Positions 37,402 through 46,800 of a stretch of DNA of 64,000 nt are shown here, in pieces. The notes under the pieces are model-generated. The model saw only the letters and a list, made by a program, of their open reading frames with translations. It made no database searches and was not told the origin of the DNA. The position numbers were made by a program, and so were the translations under genes. The DNA comes from Bacteroidota bacterium (lineage in GTDB: Bacteria; Bacteroidota; Bacteroidia; UKL13-3), in assembly GCA_046309355.1 (NCBI GenBank), contig JBKCPL010000027.1, positions 11,857 to 75,856 of the forward strand, in the 5' to 3' direction. The number at the start of each line of letters is the position of its first letter. Within the stretch, counting starts at the first letter, position 1.

Positions 37402-38197
37402 GTTGCAATGCCAGGGATACGATATTTACTTTGGAATTATAGAACTGACCACGCTCATCGTAGCCTGAAGTATTTTGCAATACAAAGCGAAAAGCTTGAT
37501 TAGTGGAGTTAAAATAGCGGTAGCCGATCAATGCATTAGTTGTTCTACCAAAGTTTACTTCTTCTTTCCATTTAGTATCAAATGCTACAAAAATGTAGCC
37601 TGCTTTTCGTGACCCCAAAAGTGCCACATCTCCTCCAAACTGTACCATCGATTTAGGAGTTTGTGTAACTGTAGCCCGAAAAACGGTGTTATAGCAAACG
37701 CCACCGTATAACGTGTACACATTATCGTAGTTAAACAAAGCATGTACTGAAATATAATCGCGCTGGTAATTATTATTTACATAGCCTAACGACACACCGT
37801 CATCGCTTAGGTGATGACTGGTATGGCCTATACTACTTCGTAAATACAAATACTTCATCAGTTTGATATCGGCAACAATGTCCAGGTAATAATCGGTATT
37901 TAATACTGCATTTTTTATGGATGTACGTCTCATAGTAGCATGCGCTGAAGTGCCTACGAGCAATTGAAATCTGTTGTTGTATTGCAACACGGGCAGCAGT
38001 GTACCTATACCGAAATAGAATGTTCGGTTCTCCATAGTTGATTGCAAATATGTTCGGTGTGCACGGGAATCGGCTGAAAGCAAGGGTGCCATTCGACTTC
38101 CGGGTAAAAAACGAAAGCCTGTAGAGTCAGCAGATGAAACCTCGGCAGTTAACCATATAGGTAGCAACAAGATAAATGCAACTGCAGCACTCTTCAT
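37391..38197 (-). CDS. Hypothetical outer-membrane beta-barrel protein (DUF1207-like)
   Basis: Signal peptide; PLLSAD.R, NTDY, HTSHHLSD and RGQFY motifs; amphipathic beta-strand C-terminus. Confidence 0.55.
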   Translation of the reverse strand: MKSAAVAFILLLPIWLTAEVSSADSTGFRFLPGSRMAPLLSADSRAHRTYLQSTMENRTFYFGIGTLLPVLQYNNRFQLLVGTSAHATMRRTSIKNAVLNTDYYLDIVADIKLMKYLYLRSSIGHTSHHLSDDGVSLGYVNNNYQRDYISVHALFNYDNVYTLYGGVCYNTVFRATVTQTPKSMVQFGGDVALLGSRKAGYIFVAFDTKWKEEVNFGRTTNALIGYRYFNSTNQAFRFVLQNTSGYDERGQFYNSKVNIVSLALQLEI

Positions 38198-38200
38198 GTA

Positions 38201-39682
38201 TCAGTATGTTTTCCGGTGTTTTGACCAATTTGATACCGAACTGTCGCCATTAATATTTTCTTTACTTGTGGTAGGTTTATTAAAAAGCATAGCGGCAGCT
38301 ACAGCAGCTACTTCATCGAACGATTTTTCATTCTTAAGCATATCAGGAGTAAAGTAGGTGTCAACAAACTTGGTATCGAACTGGCCTTTCCTATAAGCTT
38401 CATGTTGCATGACATAACTGCCAAACGGAAGTGTGGTTTCTATTCCGCTTATCTGATAGTTTCGTATGGCATGTATCATACGCAATCTGGCTTCTTCACG
38501 GTCTTTACCAAACGTAATCAGTTTTGCTATCATCGGGTCATAATGGATAGGAATATCCATACCCTGCTCAAATGAATCATCAACCCGAATGCCATAGCCT
38601 TGGGGCACTTTGTATGTTGTTAACTTTCCTATATCAGGCAGAAAATTATTGGCCGGGTCTTCCGCACAAATACGCAATTCAATGGCATGGCCTTTAATAG
38701 AAAGATCCTCTTGAGCGTAACCCAGTGCTTCACCTCTGGCAACTCGGATTTGCTCCTTCACCAAATCAAGACCTGTTATTTGTTCGGTCACAGGGTGTTC
38801 AACCTGCAATCGTGTATTCATTTCCAGAAAATAAAAATTGAGGTTTTCATCTACCAGAAACTCAACTGTGCCTGCATTTGTATACTTACAGGCTTTCGCA
38901 ACATTTACTGCAGCCTCTCCCATTTTTTTACGTACTTCGGGTGTCAAGCACGATGACGGAGCCTCTTCAACCAATTTTTGGTGTCTTCTCTGAATAGAGC
39001 ATTCGCGTTCAAATAAGTAAACGATATGGCCATGTGTATCTCCCAATACCTGAATTTCAATATGTTTGGGCGAAGCCACATACTTTTCTATAAATACAGC
39101 ATCATCACCGAATGCCGATAGTGCTTCGCTTTGGGCAAGTTTTATCTGCTCTTCAAATTCGCCTGCATGATTAACCACACGCATGCCTTTTCCTCCACCA
39201 CCGGCACTGGCCTTAACCAAAACCGGATAACCTATTTTTTCAGCAATTAGTGCACCCTGCTGTATGTCGCGAAGGGCCTCCTTAGTTCCGGGTACCATAG
39301 GCACATCATAGGCCGATACAGCTTGTTTGGCACTTATCTTACCTCCCATCATACGCATACTATCTCCGCTTGGGCCGATAAACACAAGGCCTGCTTCTTT
39401 TACCTTATCGGCAAAAACAGCATTTTCAGATAAAAAACCATACCCCGGATGAATGGCATCAGCTCCTGCTTGCAACGCAGTTTCGATAATTTTATCCATA
39501 CGCAAGTAAGATTGGGCAGATGGTGCAGGACCAATGCAGTATGCTTCACCTGCATACCGCACGTGTAATGCGTTTCGATCAGCTTCGCTGTATATGGCTA
39601 CGGTTTCTATTCCCATTTCATGCGCTGTTCGCATGACACGTAAAGCAATTTCGCCTCTATTGGCTATCAGTATCTTTTTCAT
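38201..39682 (-). CDS. accC: Biotin carboxylase subunit (acetyl/propionyl-CoA carboxylase)
   Basis: IANRGEIA, HPGYGFLSEN, GGGGKGMR, ECSIQRRHQK, EMNTRLQVEH; no fused BCCP domain. Confidence 0.95.
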   Translation of the reverse strand: MKKILIANRGEIALRVMRTAHEMGIETVAIYSEADRNALHVRYAGEAYCIGPAPSAQSYLRMDKIIETALQAGADAIHPGYGFLSENAVFADKVKEAGLVFIGPSGDSMRMMGGKISAKQAVSAYDVPMVPGTKEALRDIQQGALIAEKIGYPVLVKASAGGGGKGMRVVNHAGEFEEQIKLAQSEALSAFGDDAVFIEKYVASPKHIEIQVLGDTHGHIVYLFERECSIQRRHQKLVEEAPSSCLTPEVRKKMGEAAVNVAKACKYTNAGTVEFLVDENLNFYFLEMNTRLQVEHPVTEQITGLDLVKEQIRVARGEALGYAQEDLSIKGHAIELRICAEDPANNFLPDIGKLTTYKVPQGYGIRVDDSFEQGMDIPIHYDPMIAKLITFGKDREEARLRMIHAIRNYQISGIETTLPFGSYVMQHEAYRKGQFDTKFVDTYFTPDMLKNEKSFDEVAAVAAAMLFNKPTTSKENINGDSSVSNWSKHRKTY

Positions 39683-39738
39683 GGTGTTTTAAAAGCAGAT
39701 ATTAAAGCAATTGGATGTATCTGACTGGGTTTGTCCCA

Positions 39739-41136
39739 TTATTCCGAGTCAATGGTCTCACGATTATCCGTGCGAACTTTACGCCTCTTTTTGGTATCGC
39801 CATACACCAAGTTAAATCCTGTACGAAAGTAAAGACTACGTGCGGTGGTAGGTGAAAACATGGTCATGACGTTATCCTGTACAAAAAACAATTGAAATGG
39901 CCCTAATTTCATTGTGGTACCAAAACCAATTCCATAATTATTAAAATCATAGAGGGAATAATTGAGCACGATTTGCCAAAAGCGACCAATCATGTGTGAG
40001 TAATTAGCTGTAAAGGCAGTATAAAAACCCGTTGGGAAATTTTGACCCTGAAACATTACTCCTACCTTATCGCTGCGGCCCAAGGTATAATTCATCCCTG
40101 CAAAAAGCCTGGTAGGCAAAGTAGTTACAAAAGGAGACTCAGAGAATTGAGCAGCACTCAGAATATTAGTCAAACTATCCAGATAACGGTCACGTTCCTC
40201 AACGCTATTAATCTGCGTATAGGTAAACCCTTCAAACGTGCGTTCCACACTTTTCAATTCATACTTATAGGTACGGTGTTTCCAGGTTATTGACCCAAAA
40301 TCAATGACTGACGCAAATAATTCGAGCTTTGTAAACGGCTGATAAGTTAAGCCGAAGTCTAAACCCCATCCACTGTTATTGGAAATTTCACTGATAAGTT
40401 TATCTGTTGACGGCATGCTACGCTCGGCATCTGTAAATGTTCTATCACCCAACTCCGTAAGCAAAACAGGAAATCCTGAGGTAATCACAGACCCGGATGC
40501 TTTCAATGTAATGGGATATGGCACACTACTACCCGTACGGGTACTCATAGCTAAATCATTTATACCGAAATAGGCATGACCTATAAGATACTTGAAGCGA
40601 GCGCCTACAGTAAACTTTCTGATTTCTTTGGCAATACTGAAATTGATATTAGAGTATGACAACAGCTGAAGATTGCTTCCTGAAAAGTCAACATCTTTGC
40701 CTCGCACAAAAATGCTCCCGTTGATTAAGTCCTTACTCAATGCAATACTTGTATTAAGTGATGTACCTGCACCAATACCAACAAAAAAGCCTTTTATCGG
40801 GAAACCTATATATAGCAAATCGGTGTTGTAGGTAAAGTTTAGACCGAAGGCGTTGCCATCTTTCATGCTCTTTTGCAAACCCGTTAAATCAAGCAAACCG
40901 CTTGTGTCAATATTATCCATCAGCATACCAGCATCCAAATTCACCAGGTGAGCATTAAATCCCAAATTATTAACAACAGGTAAGCCTACTACTACCTGAT
41001 ACTCGGGTATAAATGCCGGATTCATGAAGTTCGACTGATACAAGCCCCGCATATACGGCAGAGTTGTTTCGGTTTGGGAGAATGCTGTAAAGCACGTACC
41101 GAAAATGAGTGCGTAGGTTAAGCGAAATTTTTTCAT
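39739..41136 (-). CDS. DUF5723-like outer-membrane beta-barrel protein
   Basis: Signal peptide from ATG 41136 (alternative start at 41154); NPAF, GARFKYLIG, GWGLDFG, DFGSITW, TTLP and GPFQLF. Confidence 0.75.
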   Translation of the reverse strand: MKKFRLTYALIFGTCFTAFSQTETTLPYMRGLYQSNFMNPAFIPEYQVVVGLPVVNNLGFNAHLVNLDAGMLMDNIDTSGLLDLTGLQKSMKDGNAFGLNFTYNTDLLYIGFPIKGFFVGIGAGTSLNTSIALSKDLINGSIFVRGKDVDFSGSNLQLLSYSNINFSIAKEIRKFTVGARFKYLIGHAYFGINDLAMSTRTGSSVPYPITLKASGSVITSGFPVLLTELGDRTFTDAERSMPSTDKLISEISNNSGWGLDFGLTYQPFTKLELFASVIDFGSITWKHRTYKYELKSVERTFEGFTYTQINSVEERDRYLDSLTNILSAAQFSESPFVTTLPTRLFAGMNYTLGRSDKVGVMFQGQNFPTGFYTAFTANYSHMIGRFWQIVLNYSLYDFNNYGIGFGTTMKLGPFQLFFVQDNVMTMFSPTTARSLYFRTGFNLVYGDTKKRRKVRTDNRETIDSE

Positions 41137-41143
41137 ATCCGTT

Positions 41144-41151
41144 CCTCCTTT
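41144..41151 (-). promoter_or_regulatory. Strong Shine-Dalgarno motif at the lipoprotein/DUF5723 junction
   Basis: Minus strand reads TAA-TG-AAAGGAGG-AACGGAT-ATG. Confidence 0.55.
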
Positions 41152-41153
41152 CA

Positions 41154-42809
41154 TTATCGATTACCTGTTGATTGATACTGTGCATTTCCAATCATTCCCA
41201 CCTTTATCGCTATTTTTTGGGTATTGTATATGCGAACAGAAGGCTTGTTATTATTGGCATCTCGTGCTGTATTGCCTTTAAATGTTGTATAGTAGTAATC
41301 ACAGCCGGCATCCTGCAGGTTTTTGTAGCGCTCTTTGGTCATATAACAAATGCTTTGCGCACTTCGCGGAATGGGGATTACGTTTCCACTGGCATCTACA
41401 TCTGCCGGATCAAGTTTTAATCCTTCAACAAACAGGCTGTCTATAATCTCAAATGAATCAATCCCATTAATAGTTTTGAGCTTACAGAAGTAAACCTGAA
41501 TGAGTGCGCCAACCGGCATTGTACTGGTTGCTTCAGCAACTATACTCATATCCTGCAACTGAGTATTCGCAAAATCAGGAAATTTAAAATTGTCACCGTG
41601 CTGAACTATGTAATCATCAATTCTCATATCGAAGGGTATTTCGATATCGCAATATGTTTTAAGTGAACTGGTATCAAACATGAAATTACCGACAGGCACA
41701 TTATTGTAATTTGCTTGTATGTCCAATACAAAACTGATTGATTTTGGGGCGCTGTTCAGAACCTGATCTATATTTGAGTTATTGCGGTCAATAACATACG
41801 AACCGATGCCTACCTGCCCCGGAGATGCTGCAAAAGGAAGTGAAAAGGTATCTTTAAGAAAATCAATAGTGATAGGTATTGGTACATCATCGTATCCACG
41901 TGCAATGAAGTTGGATATTTTACACGTGATAGGCAACCCGAAACCATTCGAAATACGGATACGCAATCTTGGGTCATTTAGAAACAAACGTCCGCCTACC
42001 TGATTAGAAAATAAGTCTATAGATATGTTTTCGCTGGTACGTAGTAAGGTAAAATTTCCTAAATAGCCTTCCAAAAATCTGTATTTAGGTACCGAGAGGT
42101 ACTGACTCATTCCAAATTTTTCACCGGCTACCATGTTAGGATTGCCGGTTACCTTCTGCACTGAAAGTGAAACACTGTAAGGCAATTTATTAGTGGTTGT
42201 GCCGCCATCTGTAAAATCAATCACATATCCTGCAAGACTTATTACACGATTAATAGTAACAGGTGAGCTTCCCGAATAATTCAACTCGAATGAATCGGTA
42301 AGTGCTTTGCCGTTTAGCGTTATAGTAGGATAAGTCATCACAACTTTGGTGTTGTGCTTAAAGTCGCTCGAAATGTTTAATGCCAGCGAGCCATTGCCAA
42401 TTTCTAGCTTTTTAAATTGCTCGTTACCACCGACTGCAATATCTGTTACACCTGAAAAAGTCTGAGAAAAAGAACCAACAAAGTTGAAGGCAGTAGCTAT
42501 GGCAGCGTCCGTTTGAACACCAAAATTTACCAGTACGGGTGGTATATTAATAAACTGACGTTCGTCAATACTATCTCTGCTGGTATAGATAAAGGTTAGT
42601 GGTTCGGCTCCATCCTGTTTAATTAATCCGGTTTTAGAAAACTGATCGTAGATATCCTTTAAGCCCAGTTCGTCCTGAAACAAAGGCAGGGCTATTTCAG
42701 TAGCCAGTTTTGCTCCTTTAATATCGGAAAGGGGAGCAAGTTCATAAAAGCATCCTGAAAAGAAGGGCAACGCAGCACCAATAAGCCACACTCGCTTTTT
42801 TAAACGCAT
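41154..42809 (-). CDS. Hypothetical beta-rich lipoprotein paired with the DUF5723-like barrel
   Basis: Lipobox FFSGC; IALPL, EGYLG, NGFGLP and EIPF motifs; about 550 aa. Confidence 0.7.
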   Translation of the reverse strand: MRLKKRVWLIGAALPFFSGCFYELAPLSDIKGAKLATEIALPLFQDELGLKDIYDQFSKTGLIKQDGAEPLTFIYTSRDSIDERQFINIPPVLVNFGVQTDAAIATAFNFVGSFSQTFSGVTDIAVGGNEQFKKLEIGNGSLALNISSDFKHNTKVVMTYPTITLNGKALTDSFELNYSGSSPVTINRVISLAGYVIDFTDGGTTTNKLPYSVSLSVQKVTGNPNMVAGEKFGMSQYLSVPKYRFLEGYLGNFTLLRTSENISIDLFSNQVGGRLFLNDPRLRIRISNGFGLPITCKISNFIARGYDDVPIPITIDFLKDTFSLPFAASPGQVGIGSYVIDRNNSNIDQVLNSAPKSISFVLDIQANYNNVPVGNFMFDTSSLKTYCDIEIPFDMRIDDYIVQHGDNFKFPDFANTQLQDMSIVAEATSTMPVGALIQVYFCKLKTINGIDSFEIIDSLFVEGLKLDPADVDASGNVIPIPRSAQSICYMTKERYKNLQDAGCDYYYTTFKGNTARDANNNKPSVRIYNTQKIAIKVGMIGNAQYQSTGNR

Positions 42810-42845
42810 AGTCACGGTTTTTTTACGAATGTAAGAAAATACGTG

Positions 42846-45500
42846 TTATTTCAAACGGAAAGCATTCAAATAATTACCAGTTACCGGCACTATCAGGTAG
42901 CGAACACCGTCATTCAAAAGCATTCCTACAGTTCCCGGTGCTGACGCATCAACCGGAAATCCATTATCTAGTGACGATCCCATGTAGGAGTTCATTGTCA
43001 TACTGGCCGAATCGAATACCATGAAGTCATTCGCAGCGCTTGATTGTTGGTAAGCATACCCCCCGGCTGTCGGTCCTGTTAATATTTTGCCGTTTAGATC
43101 ATAAACAAGCATTCCTTTACCTGAATTCGCAACTAACATTGTGCCTATAAATTTAAAACTTCCACTATCCAGGTGTGCAACCTGTGACGATTGTGTAGGC
43201 ATGAAATCTTCATCAAACACAAATCGTGTTACCGATTGTGTTGAACTGTCAACAACCCATACCTGGTTTTCAGTAATTAGAAAATCTGCTCCCATAGTGG
43301 CAGCATGCTCTATGGTTGTTCCGTCCGGCTTCCAGATGCATAGTTTTTTAGTCTCTGTGGTTCCGTATAAAACGGGCTCGTTGCGTAAAACACCATGCTT
43401 TAAGTTTGCCATTTTTTCACCTGTTACTTTTGGATTCCATGAAGGGATTGCCTTACCTGTCATGTTATATCCCATGACGCGTTTATTAGTTAATGGAATA
43501 AAAAAGGCATAGAAGCTATCGTTGTAAAAATCGGTTAGCAATAAACTACCTGAGGCTGTACCGGGCAGATATATGGGATATCCGGAAACATTCTTGCCGC
43601 TAGTATCAATCAGTGAAACACTTTTTGCTGTGTTAAACAAATAGCCCCATTTACCTGAAGGGTGATAGGTAACTGAATATGGGGTACTTAATACGGGACC
43701 AGACATTTTAGTCTTCCATTTCAATGTGCCATCAGCAGCCATACAATACAGCATGTTCTGTACATCCTGAACAATGACATCGTATACTTGCTCAGTTTTG
43801 TTAAATACGAATACCGGTGGTGAAATTAATGTGGTATCTAATTTTATCTGCCAAAGCATTCGCTGTTTTTCTTCATACTCAGGTTGAAACTGGACAGTAT
43901 ATTGCGTATGAAAATATTTATCGCTTGCTGATGCAAATTGAAAATGAACGGCTGTAAATTTTTTGTAGATAATTTCGTTTCTGCTCAGGTGACTGTGCAT
44001 GGTTGTATTCACATTAGCCAGTGGAATTGAAAATGATTGAGACGTATTGATGTACATGTCCAAATTCGATGTAGGACCTGAAAGCGATTTCATTTTAGCA
44101 TATAACTCATCGTTGCTTAACACATTGTTCGATTGATAAGCATCAAGTATATGCATCACAGTTTCGGGATATTTAGCCAGTACAATCACATCTTCTGCCA
44201 ACGTTACATAAGGACTTGGAGTGCCACAATACACACTGCCGAAATAATTCGGCATAAAATTACCAAACGGCCACTGGGTAATCGAGTATCCTTTGTAGAC
44301 AAGCGTGGTTTGTAACGAGTCAATAAGCAGCCGTTTGCTAAATTGCTGCTGATAATTTACGAGCAGCTGAGCAGCAGCCGAGGCCGATGTTGTTTTAATA
44401 AGCGTAAAGGGGTGCTGTTGCCCAGCTAAAAGCAATGAACCTGTTATTACTTGTTTACCAATTATTGCCCTGAGATTATTTAAATCGATTTTATAGAGTG
44501 AACTTATACTGTCTTCATTTGTCTTGTAACGAGTGTAAATCCCAAGTCGTTCATGGTAATCGTCCAATTCGTTTTTAAATGACAGGAAATCACTAAATCC
44601 CATTCGCACTAGATATGCACAGTTATTGGGTACGAACTTATTTATGTCGTCAAGCGGAACAGGATTCTGATTGCGGAATAAATCGAGAAACTGGCTCACG
44701 GTATCATCCGTTAAGCTTATGCCTTTAAAAACTAGTTCGTTTTGTTGAACAGACACGTTCAGCATACTCCAGTTTGCTAAATTTTGTAGAGGTGTAAACC
44801 ATGACCATTCAGCCGGATTTCTGGAAATGCAGGCATATAACTTCTCCATCTGACGGTAATTCACATATAGCCGAAATGCTGCACTTTTATCCTCAAATGG
44901 CTGCAGCATGGCAAGTTCATCCGTTTGGCCACGAACTTTGTATCTCATTTTCCGAATGGCCGACTCTGCTAACAGGCCGGTAGTACTATAGAATACATAC
45001 GACCCAGTTGCTACCACTACTCCTGTGTAATTACCCGAAGCATCTTGGAGGTCGTAAAGCTTTATGCCCTCGTATGTACGAGTTTTAATGCGGTACGAAT
45101 TCCGGTAATTTAATGCGGATAACACTTCGTTCATATTAGCATTATCAGGCAGGTGCATAGTTACCATCCATTCAAGCCGATCTCCCTGAACATGTATAGA
45201 AACGGCCATCTCTTCTTCATTTAGTGGTGTTGTTTGCAACAGGGAGTCGTACAGACCGAGAAAGTTTAACGCATCTGTGGAAGATGGGTAAGACTGCAAC
45301 ATTTGCCACAATTCAGTACGCTGTACTATTTCCAGACTTTCACCGAAGTTAGAAGTAATGACGACAGCAACGGCTGTTTCGGGGATAATGGCATACAATG
45401 GCTTATCATCCGGCTTTATGTACTTCGAATAAAAGTAAACTGCCAATACAATAAACAGTAAAAATGTAGCTGCAATACCTACCCAAAGCGATCTGTTCAT
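42846..45500 (-). CDS. Large membrane-anchored protein (DUF3352-like N-terminal region, C-terminal beta-propeller)
   Basis: N-terminal TM then YAIIPETA; C-terminal W-x-x-K-[LM] and G[YF]P[IV] propeller-like repeats. ATG 45500 preferred because the TTG at 45524 lies inside a TAAATTTG promoter element. Confidence 0.65.
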   Translation of the reverse strand: MNRSLWVGIAATFLLFIVLAVYFYSKYIKPDDKPLYAIIPETAVAVVITSNFGESLEIVQRTELWQMLQSYPSSTDALNFLGLYDSLLQTTPLNEEEMAVSIHVQGDRLEWMVTMHLPDNANMNEVLSALNYRNSYRIKTRTYEGIKLYDLQDASGNYTGVVVATGSYVFYSTTGLLAESAIRKMRYKVRGQTDELAMLQPFEDKSAAFRLYVNYRQMEKLYACISRNPAEWSWFTPLQNLANWSMLNVSVQQNELVFKGISLTDDTVSQFLDLFRNQNPVPLDDINKFVPNNCAYLVRMGFSDFLSFKNELDDYHERLGIYTRYKTNEDSISSLYKIDLNNLRAIIGKQVITGSLLLAGQQHPFTLIKTTSASAAAQLLVNYQQQFSKRLLIDSLQTTLVYKGYSITQWPFGNFMPNYFGSVYCGTPSPYVTLAEDVIVLAKYPETVMHILDAYQSNNVLSNDELYAKMKSLSGPTSNLDMYINTSQSFSIPLANVNTTMHSHLSRNEIIYKKFTAVHFQFASASDKYFHTQYTVQFQPEYEEKQRMLWQIKLDTTLISPPVFVFNKTEQVYDVIVQDVQNMLYCMAADGTLKWKTKMSGPVLSTPYSVTYHPSGKWGYLFNTAKSVSLIDTSGKNVSGYPIYLPGTASGSLLLTDFYNDSFYAFFIPLTNKRVMGYNMTGKAIPSWNPKVTGEKMANLKHGVLRNEPVLYGTTETKKLCIWKPDGTTIEHAATMGADFLITENQVWVVDSSTQSVTRFVFDEDFMPTQSSQVAHLDSGSFKFIGTMLVANSGKGMLVYDLNGKILTGPTAGGYAYQQSSAANDFMVFDSASMTMNSYMGSSLDNGFPVDASAPGTVGMLLNDGVRYLIVPVTGNYLNAFRLK

Positions 45501-45583
45501 GAATAAACTATTTTTTTTAACCAAATTTACTGTAATTGCGTATGTATGAAATGCATATTGTTAACATAAATCTGTTCAAAGCT

Positions 45584-46021
45584 ATGAGTAAACATACACT
45601 TCAAAAACAAATGATCAGAGCCGGGGCAGCCATACTTTCTGCTTCGATTGCATTGGGTGCTATTGGCACACATTTTATTCAACGTTTCATCCCTGTCGAC
45701 CATATGAATACTTACAAAACCGGCATTGAATACATGATGATTCATGGCCTTGGAATACTACTGATTGCCTCATTGCTGCGCAGATTGCATGAATCAACAT
45801 CACGAAACGTATTTTTTATGTTTATAGCGGGCATTGTTATCTTCACTGGCACACTCATACTGCTTTCAACCCGATCACTATGGATTGGCGATGCCATTTC
45901 TTGGTTAGGAATGATTACCCCGGTAGGTGGGGCTCTTATGATTGGCGGATGGGCACTACTCGCCATGAAAGGGTATAAAAAACCAACACAATTTCAGGAT
46001 GGAACTACCGAACGCCTGTAA
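45584..46021 (+). CDS. DUF423 (YgdD/TMEM256) family membrane protein
   Basis: LGAIGTH, TGIEYMMIHG, GIVIFTG and GMITPVGG...GW. Confidence 0.88.
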   Translation: MSKHTLQKQMIRAGAAILSASIALGAIGTHFIQRFIPVDHMNTYKTGIEYMMIHGLGILLIASLLRRLHESTSRNVFFMFIAGIVIFTGTLILLSTRSLWIGDAISWLGMITPVGGALMIGGWALLAMKGYKKPTQFQDGTTERL

Positions 46022-46030
46022 TCACTTAAC

Positions 46031-46798
46031 ATGAACCTAAACCTTAAACGCCCTCTTATTATTTTCGATCTTGAAACAACCGGAATTAGCATTCAAACTG
46101 ATCGTATCATTGAGATATCATATATAAAACTGATGCCTGAAGGCACACAGATTACATATACTCAACGCTTAAATCCACAAATGCCCATACCTCCTCAAGC
46201 CACAGCTATACATGGCATTACTGACAGTGATGTGTCTGACAAACCAGGATTTAAAGACATTGCACAGCAATTGGCTAAAGACTTTGAAGGGTGTGACGTA
46301 GGAGGCTATAACTCTAATAAATTTGATTTTCCAATGCTGGTTGAAGAGTTTTTACGTTCAGGAATTGAGTTTGATACAGAAAACAGAAAGTTTATAGATG
46401 CACAGCGAATATTTCATTTGATGGAACAGCGAACACTATCAGCTGCATACAAATTCTATTGCAATAAGGAACTCTTACAGGCGCATAGTGCCGAGGCCGA
46501 CACCCGTGCAACTCTTGAAATATTGATGGCGCAGCTCGACCGATATCCGCAATTGAAAAACGACATTGATTTCCTGCACGAATTTTCAGGCCAGTCAAAT
46601 AATGTAGATTTAGCAGGCCGTCTTATACGAAATGATAAACAAGAGGTAGTATTTAACTTTGGTAAGCATCGCCATAAGAAGGTAATGGATATATTCAAGG
46701 TAGAACCCAGCTACTATAAGTGGATGATGGATGGAGATTTTTCACTCGATACCAAGCGAAAAATTACAGCATTATATATTCAGGCAAACGTCAAATAA
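46031..46798 (+). CDS. dnaQ: DEDDh 3'-5' exonuclease (DNA polymerase III epsilon-like)
   Basis: FDLETTG, GYNSNKFD, AHSAEAD; C-terminal FNFGKH domain typical of Bacteroidota. Confidence 0.88.
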   Translation: MNLNLKRPLIIFDLETTGISIQTDRIIEISYIKLMPEGTQITYTQRLNPQMPIPPQATAIHGITDSDVSDKPGFKDIAQQLAKDFEGCDVGGYNSNKFDFPMLVEEFLRSGIEFDTENRKFIDAQRIFHLMEQRTLSAAYKFYCNKELLQAHSAEADTRATLEILMAQLDRYPQLKNDIDFLHEFSGQSNNVDLAGRLIRNDKQEVVFNFGKHRHKKVMDIFKVEPSYYKWMMDGDFSLDTKRKITALYIQANVK

Positions 46799-46800
46799 AT

